Assembly (NCBI RefSeq): GCF_004010195.1
Contig: NC_057718.1
Coordinates: 84,855,968-84,919,967 of the forward strand
Length of the DNA stretch: 64,000 nucleotides
Direction of reading: 5' to 3'
DNA from: Chiloscyllium plagiosum
Taxonomy: Eukaryota
Part shown: one piece after another, positions 48,328-59,500 of the stretch
How positions within the stretch are numbered: the first letter of the stretch is position 1
Layout of the letters: every line of letters starts with the position of its first letter
The notes under the pieces: generated by a model
Databases searched by the model: none
Told to the model about the DNA's origin: nothing
What the model saw: only the letters and a program-made list of their open reading frames with translations
Program-made: the position numbers and the translations under genes

Positions 48328-48880
48328 GGCGAAAGTGAGGACTGCGGATGCTGGAGATCAGAGCTTGAAAATGTGTTGCTGGAAAAGCGCAGCAGGTCAG
48401 GCAGCAAAGGAACAGGAGAATCGACATTTCAGGCATAAGCCCTTCTTCAGGAATGAGGAAGGTGTGCCAAGCAGACTAAAGATAAAAGGTAGGGAGGAGG
48501 GACTTGGGGGAGGGGCATTGGGAATACGATAGGTGGAAGGAGGTTAAGGTGAGGGTGATAGGCTGGAGAGGGGGCGGGGGCGGAGAGGTCGGGAAGAAGA
48601 TTGCAGGTCAAGAAGGCGGTGCTGAGTCTGAGGTTGGGACTGAGAAAAGGTGGGGGGAGGGAAAATGAGAAAGCTGGAGAAATCTGCATTCATCCCTTGT
48701 GGTTGGAGGGCTCCTAGGCGGAAGATGAGGCGCTCTTCCTCCAGGAGCTGTGTTGCCATGGTCTGGCGTTGGAGGAGGCCAAAGACCTGCATGTCCTTGG
48801 CGGAGTGGGAGGGGGAGTTAAAGTGTTCAGCTACGGGGCAGTTGGGTTGGTTGGTGTGGGTGTCCCCTGAAACGTTCTGC
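48328..48880 (-). mobile_element. Penelope-like element 3' fragment (GIY-YIG C-terminus + terminus)
   Basis: PVAEHFNSPSHSAKDMQVFGL..EEERLIFRLGALQPQGMNADFSSF in ORF 48544-48969. This links the ggagaaagtgagg terminus family to a PLE. Confidence 0.9.
48419..48454 (-). ncRNA. Minimal hammerhead ribozyme motif, helix III CpG decayed
   Basis: Minus strand ATTC-CTGAAGA-A-GGGC-TTAT-GCCT-GAAA-TG-TC-GATT. Confidence 0.6.
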
Positions 48881-51800
48881 AAGTTCTTTGCTTGTTTAAG
48901 GAGGTCATTGTGGGAAGTATGAAAAACTAAACATTGGATTACCTTCCAGGTAGAGATGAGCTGTCTCAATAAGAAGAAGTTGAATTGTTCCTATGGTTTC
49001 CAAGAACAAAAGGGCACGGGACATCCCAAGAATGTCACATTGCTATTGGGATAAATCAAGGGGAGGTTTTTTTTGTTTTTCGATTTTATCTGTGCGATTT
49101 ATTACAAAAAGCAGGCAGTTAAAATCTGAGTCTGGGGCAGGCGCTGGAGACCAGAAGCAGGAAGGCGGTCAGGAACCAGTTTTTTATCCCCCAACTTAAA
49201 GTTACTGCATGCTTTTTATTAACCAGCACCTATAGGAACAGGAGTGCGCTGGCTGATCGAATATTCCGGATAATCAAGAGATACACATAATCGCAGTAAA
49301 CCCTAACCAAGCAAATATCAATATCCCTCAAAATTCTATGTAAAAACATCAACACATCTCCTAAAATCAATGTCAAACACACAGTGAGTAACAGAATCTT
49401 AAGGAAGGGGGTTTACACATTACTGTTACACTTTATTTACAGCATAAATACTCTGACACTGTGGTATTTGAGGTATAAGATTTTAGCCAGTTTATCAAAT
49501 GTGCAGGTTGATAAAGGCACCTTTTAAAACAAAGTTTGCTTTAGTCAGCAAAACTGCAGTGATGCTCATGCTTGAGCAAGGGAGTCCCCAGTCATGAGGT
49601 GGTGAAAGGAGAATGAAATCGGTCATCCTTATATGTACTGGCATACACCTGTACGTGCAATCTCTGAACAAATAGTAATGTGGTTGACTCTTAAGTGTTC
49701 TTTGAAATGGCTTTGCATGCTTTCAAGGACAATTAGGAATGGGGACCAAATACTGGTATTTCCAGTGAAACCTATAGTTCTTGAAAGAAGAGTTGGAAAA
49801 TTAGGCTGGTCAAGTGGAAATAGAAGGATTTCGAGAAATAATTCAGAGACCGACAAGAACATGGATGATAATTAAAGTGAAGTTTGGAGATTTGTGGTAT
49901 AACTTATTTTGCTCCCACGTGAATTGAATGAATCTGCAAGATCTTGGAAAGGATACGGTAATTCTTGAAAGGCAATTCAAGTAGAATGAGGAGTGCTCTA
50001 TTGAGTTTTCAAGTGTAAAGTACAAGTGTTTGCAATTATGTTCGATTAAAAGTACTTTCCTTAACTCTTGTACAACACAAGTCTTTTTTTAAAAAGATGA
50101 AATCTTATAGTGTAATTTTTTCAGTTATTAACTCAGGGTTCAAATTAAATTATTGGCCTCAACAAAGATCATAACAGTATGGTTCAGTAATGCGTTTCAA
50201 GAGCTCAAGGGTCCTTGCCAAATTAAAACACTGCTTGATTTATAAGCCTTTCACCACAGGCATAATTATTCTAGCAATGTCCCCTCAGTGACAGCAGTAG
50301 CTCAAGGTCGGAGTGAAATACATACTTGTCTATCTCAGCACAATCCTTGGCTATAGTCAAACGTGTGGTGATTAACAATGCCACTTACTATAGTGACTGT
50401 GCTATAGTGTCAACCAATATGGAGTAAGGCTCCTCACCACCTCTCTTTCAAAAGTGGAAGTACATATTGACTGGCTTGTGCACAGCATTTGTACTGGACA
50501 TTACGGCCAGTGGAATTAATTTCAAAACACAATGAGGTTCAATTTAAACTTGAAGTAAATAGTAGACATAAAAAATCTGTCAAACTAAATTAAGATGCTA
50601 TTAAGCAAGGGTCATTGACACTAGCTGAACAATTCAAATTCTGTATTTATTTCAGTGGTAGTTTGAAGGGGACAGGATCCAGGATTTGTACTGATGTATT
50701 GGGGATCAAACTTGCAACCTCATTAGGTTTCTTTTTGACAAAAACTGGAGTTTCAAAAAAAAACAATGATCACTCACTGTCCCCTTTAAAGTGAGAAAAC
50801 AATTATTGCATAACTAACACTTTTGTTTGTCTACATACTTATACAAGATTCAGAAATTAACATTCTTAAGATATGAATGTTATTTCTCACAGTATCCAAT
50901 GTTTGCACTGATGAATCCATATGAAGTTCTATTAAGCTATCAATTACATAAGCACCAAAATACTAAATGGATCCTTCTCTGCATCAATGATGCATCTTAA
51001 TTGTCTGCTGTCCAATTAATGAATTTCTAAGGATAAAACCAAGACTTTGAAGGGATTTATAGATTTAAACAGTTCATACTGATTGTCAGTATTGGAAAAC
51101 TTGCTTGGAAAAGAGAAAAAGTAAAGCATGATTGCGAAGCATTGTTCAATACTTAGTTTAACAACTTGCATAGTTGATGGGGTTTTCAGACACTGAAAAA
51201 ATTAATAACCCCCTTATGAGATTTGCTCATTACTGTTCTATTTCGAAATAACGACCAGAATTGGGGAGTGGCAAAAAGAGCCTCTTTTATCCAGAAATCA
51301 CAGCCCAAGTTTGAAGAGGCAATAGAATCCCAAAATACAGTCCTTACAAGAGCCCCTTTATACAGTTTTACATATATTAAAATGCCATTACTATGGTGTA
51401 ACTTTTTAAAAATCTCTAGAACACAAAGGTTTGAAGGGCTTCTGTCCTGGGAGACAGGAAATGGTTAAAACATGTGCTAAGTGCTGGGTGTTACTTCTGA
51501 TGGGACATCTGTCTGATCTGCTTGCATAATTAGGTGTTAGTCCTTTTGTCTTTTAAGTTAATAAATATTAATAAAAATGCTAGGCCTATATGCTCTAAGC
51601 AAGTTAAAAATTGTACCTATACTTAATAAAAGAATAAAGGATATTAAACTGATTATTGCAGCTGGGTTGTGAGATTTATTTATTATTTGCTGGTATGAGT
51701 TTCATTCATCCAATTTCATGGAAGCACTGTTTTGACAGTTAGCTTCTTAAAGGGATAAGGGCCCGGTTAAAAGGTATTTAACTGGTACTTAATATATTCA

Positions 51801-52448
51801 GGTCCAGGAGATGGTTGGTGAGGCCTGGTTAATATTATAATATTTCGTGGACACTTGATGGGGATAGTATTGTTCTGTATGCTACACTTGTTCAGAGGTA
51901 AACACTGCTTGCAGTAAGGGCTGATAAGGTTGAAAATGCAGTAATAGGTTTGAAAGGGTTGTTTTTAAAAATCTGGACCGCAGTTTTATGCACAAATGAA
52001 AGAAACCAGGTGATAGTAAACATTGGGTTAGTAAAGGGTTATGAATGAATGAATGGGAACCTGGTATTAATGAATATAGCGCACTGGTGAGTGAGTTAAT
52101 AAAGATTGCCTATAACACGATATCTCATAACACAATATCTCAGTTCCTTGCAAAGAAAGTTCTGGTCTTGGTTTACATTGTCAATTTGGAGATTGCTTTT
52201 ACCACATGACATTCTTCAATTGAATAGCATTAATGAAACCACAAGTAACTTGCAATTTGCAAACCTTCCTGAGATAGATTTCTAGAAAGACAAGTTCTAG
52301 TCTGTTAGGGGCTGGAAGTGGCTGTTGAATGGTTTTTAAAAATAGTTGTTCTATAATTTTCATGCATTATCCTTGGTACTACACTTGAAAAATTAGTCAA
52401 CTCTCCACCAGGCAAATCAGTATATGAAGAGTTATAAAAAATACTTAC

Positions 52449-52513
52449 ACATCAGTTTGGTTCTGTTCATACAAAGCTTTCATCTCTTCAAGAACTTGTC
52501 TGATACCATCCTC
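52449..52513 (-). CDS. GINS1: GINS1 exon 2 (EDGIRQVLEEMKALYEQNQTDV)
   Basis: tttcttgcag acceptor, GT|gtaagt donor, 65 nt, phase 0-2. Exon 1 was not seen and is presumably beyond 64000. Confidence 0.95.
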
Positions 52514-53681
52514 CTGCAAGAAATAGATTCCATTCTGATAAATTTGAGATTTCTACAGTGGATTTCACATATTTTAATCAGATGCAGCATAACTTCAGCA
52601 CATGAGGCAGAGTGAATTTTCTCAACAGGCCACTTGGTTGAAATGGTCTAAACCAATGTTTCTTCTTTACCTTCCCTACATAACCTAATCGAAGAGTTAT
52701 TACTCTATTCCTCCCTCCCTCATTTACCCATCTATCTTGCCCCTAAGTATACATACAATGAAATTCTCAGAGCTGGAAGTTAACTCTCATTTTTTGGATG
52801 ACTAGAGACACAACCACTAGCCCAAGTGTTATATTGTTTACTAATATTCCCCCTTTACCCTTCAAATATTTTCAGTGCTAGATCACATTTTTAAACTATT
52901 AAGTCAGTTTATTATTTTACTTTAACAGAGAACTTATTTTACACACAACCCCAACAAGGAAATATATGCAACTCAAGCAAGGTATAGAACAGGCTGCTGG
53001 TTCACTACCTCAAAAGGTTCATTCTACCCTTACTATTGACAAAGCTGAGTTCTATAAGATCATAAAATTGGAACTTATTTATTATCAAGTACAATAGGTT
53101 TCTCATAATGACTTCTTTAAACAATGAATCCTTATTGGGATGGAGCACTACAAACACTAGATATCTGCTTATGAATTACCCAGGTGACTATTTGACAAGG
53201 CTTTACAAAGACAAAGACATTCACAAGCAAGCCCAATCCTGTTTATATTCTAAAGGCAGTGAAGGGCCAAAGAGCCTGAACCGTGCTGTCATGTTTAATA
53301 ACCTGTATTGACTTACGTGAAGAACATCCTCAGTTCAACCGTATATACTTTTAACCAGTTGGAAATTGTATTCCTGCCCTACTGTTGCAATTAAATTGAA
53401 AATACTTGAGTCTACCTGGCCATTCTATTTATTATCTTGCTAATCAATCTCCAGTGGCAGTGCACACCTGAAGACCAAAACTTAAGTCATTTTGGGAAGA
53501 TGAAAGATAGATTGGTTGCACTAAAACGTTTACAGATTCCTCTGCAGGTAAATTGAAGTGTTAGGAGATTCAAATCTAAATGCCAGTGTGTTTGGAATGA
53601 TATATGCCAAAAACTGATTAAGAAAGCAATTCACGATCACATACTCAATTAGGAATGGGTAATAAATGCTGGTCTGGCCAG

Positions 53682-54340
53682 TGTTACGAGACGGGGTAAA
53701 CGTGCCTGTTTAATGTAACACAGAAAAGATTTATCCCATGCAGTAATCGGTGAAAGTTTGAGGGGCCAAGAACTATTTAATGTAAAAATTAAAAACTTTA
53801 CTTCTTAAAGTACAACGGAATAATTAACAACTATTCACAACCTATCTTTTACTTTCCCCTCTACAATACTAGTCTGATAAAACTCCCTGATTAAGAATTA
53901 CAAAAACAAAACTTCTTATCTCAAAACCAGGCAGCTTTCATTCTTCTCTGTATTTCAGTCGTCTTTTCTTCTTCTTGGAGATCCTGCTTTACAGGTTACT
54001 GATCGATAAAGGTACCTTTCAAGAGAGCTATTTTTCAGGCAATCTTTTTACATGCAGATGGCTTGGCTCCCTGGTCTGATACCCCCAAAACACTGGATTG
54101 TGTAATTGGCTTTTAAGATTGTCAATATACTAAATTCAAACTGTTTGGCATTTTTCGGGGTTTAATTTAAACTGATTGATCGAATTCAAATCTGTTTTGT
54201 CATTTCCAGGCAACCAGCTAATCAAGTTGTTCGACCAAATGTTACTTTTTTTTTTAAAAAAAGTACACTAGGTTCTGTCAGGTAGTTTTGCTAGCTTTTA
54301 ACCCTCTTAAAAGGTACAGTACACCCACAACTTCATAACA
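53682..54340 (-). mobile_element. 3' LTR of Gypsy/Gmr1-type element A
   Basis: TGTTA...TAACA inverted termini, preceded on the minus strand by the polypurine tract aagggggagg (54341-54350). Confidence 0.85.
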
Positions 54341-55735
54341 CCTCCCCCTTAAGAAACAATGAAACATCATAATGGAAAGGTGGCTTCATTTTTTCCCTAC
54401 TTTTTAAACACATAACACTAAACTTCTTCCTATATACCTATGTTCGTGAAAAATACCACTAAATAAATGCAAATCTCATCTAAACTCAGTTAAATCCGCG
54501 ATAATGTATCTGCAATTACATTCTTATGACCTGCAACATGTATGATCTGTAAATTAGATGTCTGTAACAAAAGCCTCCAACGAAATAGTCTCCTATTCTT
54601 GTCTTTAAAGCATTCTATAATGTAAGCGGATTGTGATCTGTATACACAACAGTCTTTGACATATTGTTGTTAGGCCAGTATCAAATTCAATAGTTTCTTT
54701 TCGATTGTGGAGTATTTCCTCTGATGGATTTTGATTGTCTTTGAAAAGTAACCAACTGGCAGTTCAATCCCATCCTCATCTTCTTGGAGTACAGCTCCAA
54801 CTCCTATATCACTAGCATCGATGGTGACTTTAAAAGGTTTTGAAAAAAGTTTGGTGTAGCTAAAACTGGTTTGGTGATTAATATGGCTTTCAAATGGACG
54901 AATGCCTCCTGGCATTGTTCTGTCCACCGAAATTGTGTGATCTTCTTCAGCAAATCAGTTAATGGTGCCACAATGCTGCTGAAGTTTGGAACAAACTTCC
55001 AATAGAATCCACTGAGTCCTAAGAATCGAAGCACCTCTTTCTTTGAGGTTGGTTGTGGAAATTCCTCGATGGCCTTCATCTTTGCATTCTGCAGGATCAA
55101 TCTTCCATCACCTCTACTTTTGCGAATTCCGTTTTATTTAAGTTTATCACGAGTTTTGCTTTTCGTAGTCGTTCAAAAAGCTCTGCCAACTGTACCATGT
55201 GATCTTTCAAGAACTTATTAAAGATCACTACATCGTCCAAATAGACTGCACAGTTTGTTAACCCAGCCACAACTCTGTTCATGAGTCTTTGGAAAGTGGC
55301 GGGTGCATTCTTCATTCCAAAGGACATCAATTTAAACTGATATAGCCCATTTGGGGTGACAAACACAGAAATTTCTTTCGCTCTGATAAAGGTATTTGCC
55401 AGTAACCACACATTAAGTCAAACTTGGTGATGTAACTGGCTTGTCCGACTTTCTCGATACACAGTCCTCCAATCTAGGAACTGGATAGGAGTCCGATTTT
55501 GTAACAGCGTTGACTTTCCGAAAATCCACACAGAATCGTTGAGTCCCATCCAGTTTGGGAACTGAGACGATTGTTGAACTCTACTCACTCTGGTTTGATT
55601 CAATGATGTCCTCGTCGGGCATGGCCTCTAACCCCATCTGGTCCCATCTGGCTCTGAAAGGATTAAGCCGATAGGGGTGTTGTCTTATCGGAGTGGTATT
55701 CCCTATGTCTACTTCATGTACAAGAGCATGGACTC
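54341..55735 (-). mobile_element. Element A internal remnant: RT and RNase H running directly into the PPT/LTR
   Basis: FGMKNAPATFQRLMN, YLDD, RFLGLSGFY, DASDIGVGAVLQ, YSTIEK and ADTLSR*; frameshifted. Confidence 0.9.
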
Positions 55736-56582
55736 CCTCACCCCAGGAAAAAGACTTTGTCTATTTGTCTTATCCATGCCCCTCATAATTTTATAAACCT
55801 CTATCGCCCCTCAGCCTCCGACGATCCAGTGAAAATAGCCTTAATCTATTCAACCTCTCCCTATAGCTCAAATCCTCCAACTCTGGCAAATCCTTGTAAA
55901 TCTTTTCTGAACCCTTTCAAATTTCACTACATCTTTCCAATAGGAAGGACACCAGAATTGCACAGTATTCCAATAGTGGCCTAACCAATGTCCTGTACAG
56001 CCACAACATGACCTCCCAATTCCTGTATTCAATACTCTGACCAATAAAGGAAAGCATACCAAGCGCCACCTTCACTATCCTATCTACCTACGACTCTACT
56101 TTCAAGGAGCTATGAACCTGCACTCCCAGGTCTCTTTGTTCAGCAACACTCCCTCGGACCTTACCATTAAGTGTATAAGTCCTGCTAAGATTTGCTTTCC
56201 CAAACTGCAATACCTCACATTTATCCGAATTAAACTCCATCTGCCACTTCTCAGCCCATTGGCCCATCTGATCAAGATTCCACTGTAAACGGAGGTAACC
56301 TTCTTTGCTGTCCATTACACCTCCAATTTTAGTGTCATCTGCCAACTTACTAACTTTACCTCTTATGCTCACATCCAAATCATCCTTGTGGCACTCCACT
56401 GGTCATAGGCCTCCAGTCTGAAAAATGACCCTCCAACACTCTCTGTCTTCTACCTATGAGGCAATTCTGTATCCAAGTGGCTAGTTCTCCCTGTATTTCA
56501 TGTGATCTAACCTTGCTAACCAGTCTCCCATGGGGAATCTTGTCAAACGCCTTACTGAAGTCCATATAGATTACTCCTACCG
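55735..56582 (-). mobile_element. CR1 RT fragment
   Basis: MDFSKAFDKIPH, SGVPQG, KLADDTK and QRDLGVQVH motifs. Confidence 0.9.
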
Positions 56583-56588
56583 TTCTGT

Positions 56589-59500
56589 TGTCTTAAAAAA
56601 AAAGGTATAATCAAAAGGGTGTAGCAAGCATGCTGTGTAGCTAGCCTTCATTTAGATTAGAGTTTTTGACTTAGTGCAGCAGCAGTGCATGTAAAGAAAG
56701 GCTGCTGGGACAAGTCCACCCGGGTACTCTATCTCTCTAACTTAAAGCCTGTGAGCCCTGTTTTGCTTCATTTTTACTCTTTGTGCGAAGGGATGTGATT
56801 ATTGGGATTGTTACAAGTATGTTCAGAACAGCACCATTAAGTTGGAATAGTCTGTCGGGGTTTTTGATAGGATAAATTATCCAGTATTCTATTTTCTGTG
56901 CTGTGTGTTTCATTCCATAATTTTGTAAATAAATTGTTTGTTTAAAACCTGGCAGTCGAATTAGCTATTTCAATCCGGGAATATCCATTATACACTTACC
57001 CAAAACAAAGTTACAGTCTGGGCTACCTGCATACAAATGTTTTCAGGGATCGGGCCTGCTCCATAGCAGCGAGTGGCAGGTGGTACTGCCTTTTATTTCA
57101 GGTGTTGATATGGTTGGCTTAAACAGCACTTTGATAGCAATGGCTCTTTCAGTCACAAAGGAGATTATGGAGGTGGAAGAATTGACCTCTGGGAGCTTTA
57201 CAAAAGGCAAATAAAGACCAAGCTGTGGGAATTAGTAAACAAGCTGAAGTTACCTCCTAATGTGAGGAAATAGGAGATGATTGCAGCAGTCGCTCAGCAT
57301 TTAAATTTGATGGAAGCCCCATCAGGACCTGTAGAGATAACTAAAATTCAATTTCAAAAGAAGAAGCTTCAGTTAGAAGCAGAAATGAAACAGTTGGAGT
57401 TATGATGAAAATTGGAAAAGAAAAAGAACAAAGGACTTTTGACCAGGGAAGAGAAAGAAAAAGAGTTTGAACTTCAGAAAATGACATTGAAAGGAAAATC
57501 AGCTTAAAAAGATGGAGATGAAGGCTTGTGGTGTAAAATTCCAAGCAGTGGAATGTGGTGAAACGGTTAAAAATTATGTCCCAATACATGTGTGAATAAT
57601 AATGTAACACATGTATTGGGCCAAGCAATGGAATGTGGTGTAAGCCAGACCCGTTGTGCGACGCTGCGGGGAATAAAATGCCCATATTCTAGCAGTCTCG
57701 CCTCTTGGTCGTTTGTTCTGTGTCAGACTACTCTCCTACAAACCTGACCTTGAGAATTTTTTAAAACAAGGCTGAAGGTAGACTTAGTGAAGAAGAGAGT
57801 GAGGAGCAGCAAGCCCCTGGTAGTCAAAAGCCTGGTGAAAAACTATTTAAGTCCGTTCAAGCATTGCCTAGATTTGATGAGAAGGATATTGAAGCTTTTC
57901 TCATCTCACTTGAAAAAGTGGCTAAACAAATGCAGTGGCCAGTGACCATGTGGGTTTTGTTGATCCAAACCAAACTTCTAGGTAGAGCTAGTGAGGTATT
58001 CGCATAATTATCAGAGGAGCTATCTGGGGAGTATGAGGAAGTGAAAAAAGCTAGCTTAAGTGCATATGAGCTTGTACCAGAAGCCTATAGACAACGTTTC
58101 AGGAACCTAAGTAGGGACCCTGGTCAAACGTACATCGAGTTTGAAAGGATCAAACAAAGTAATTTTGATCGGTGGATAACAGCTTTAAAAAGAGCAAATT
58201 TATGATGCTCTTAGAGAGACAATTATATTGGAAGAGTTCAAAAATTCACTGGCTGATGTAGTGCAAACTCATGTGGAAGAGCAGAGTTAAAACGGCAAGG
58301 TTAGCAGTTGAAGTGGCTGATGAATGAGTTGCTCCATAAAACATGGTTTGGCTCCCAGAATCAATTTCAGTCCACAAGGGCTATAAATTGTGGCAAAGAG
58401 AAATCCTTACGTGGAAAGGGAAAGGTAGATCTCAGTGAAGATCATGAAGCTGACTCACCACAGGGTAAAAACGAAACCTTTGAAGGGGACAAAGGTGAAA
58501 AGCTCTCGTGTTTTCATTGTAATAAAGTAGGCCATGTGAAATCAGTGTTGGTGGACTAGGAACAAGCCAGATGGAGGAAAACCGAACAAGTCTGGGAGTT
58601 TTTTTTTGGAATGGGAGAAAGCTGCATCAGAGTTTACAAGCTGATTGGTTAAGGAGGAAGTGCCAGACCTGCTTAGAAAATATATCTGCAAAGGTAAAGT
58701 TTATTCACATAGGCCAGGAGTAGCGGGTTACAATATTAAGGGACTCAGGATCCTCTCAGCCCGTGATGCTGAAAGATGAGGAGATATGTATTCCTGAAGG
58801 ACTTTCGCCAGACAAGGTACGTGTAACGGGAATTCGTGGTGAGACAAAAAGCGCACAATTAGGTAAAGTGAGGCTAGACTGTCCAGAAAAGAGTGGAGAA
58901 TGTGTGATAGGAGTACTGGACAAACTCTCAGCTCCAAGAATACAATTTGTCCTTGCAAATGATACAGCTGATTCACCGGTAGGGGTACCACCTACTGTGG
59001 TTGAAAAGCCAGTGGAGACTCGGGTAACTGAAACAATGCAGGATTTTTACCCTAGAATCTTCCGATTGTGTTGAAACGAGGTCACAGAGTCACCAGTTGA
59101 AACAAGAGAGATCAAACGGTGTACATAAGGAATCTGAAGTGGCATGAGCAGAGACGGTGTTTGATCAGATCATTGAGACAAAACAGGAGCAAATAGGTAA
59201 TCATGCAAATATCTTTAGCTCTGCAAAACTCTGAGTTACAGCAGAAAGATGAAAATTTAAAGCAGTTATATCAAAAGGCATAAATAGAGAAGGAATCTGA
59301 ATGTATCCCTGAGTGTTATTAACTGAAAAATGATGTCTTAATGAAGAAATGGAGACCATCACACAATCAGGCAGATGAGAAGTCGGCAGAAGTTCATCAA
59401 ATTATCTTACCAGTGGGGTGGAGAAGGGAAGAGTTGCGAGTGGTGCATGTGCTACCACTTGGAGGTCATTTAAGAATGAGGAAAACACAGGCTAAAATAC

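Noticed and set aside
52105..52150. Repeated ataacac(g/a)atatctca, reminiscent of a Tigger/pogo subterminal motif (similar hint at 49215-49275)
   Set aside because: Could not find a partner TIR or TA duplication; too weak to call.
53311..53384. Possible 65-nt cryptic/poison exon on - (cag|TAG...CAC|gtaagt) in GINS1 intron 1
   Set aside because: Only a good donor; weak pyrimidine tract and no other support.
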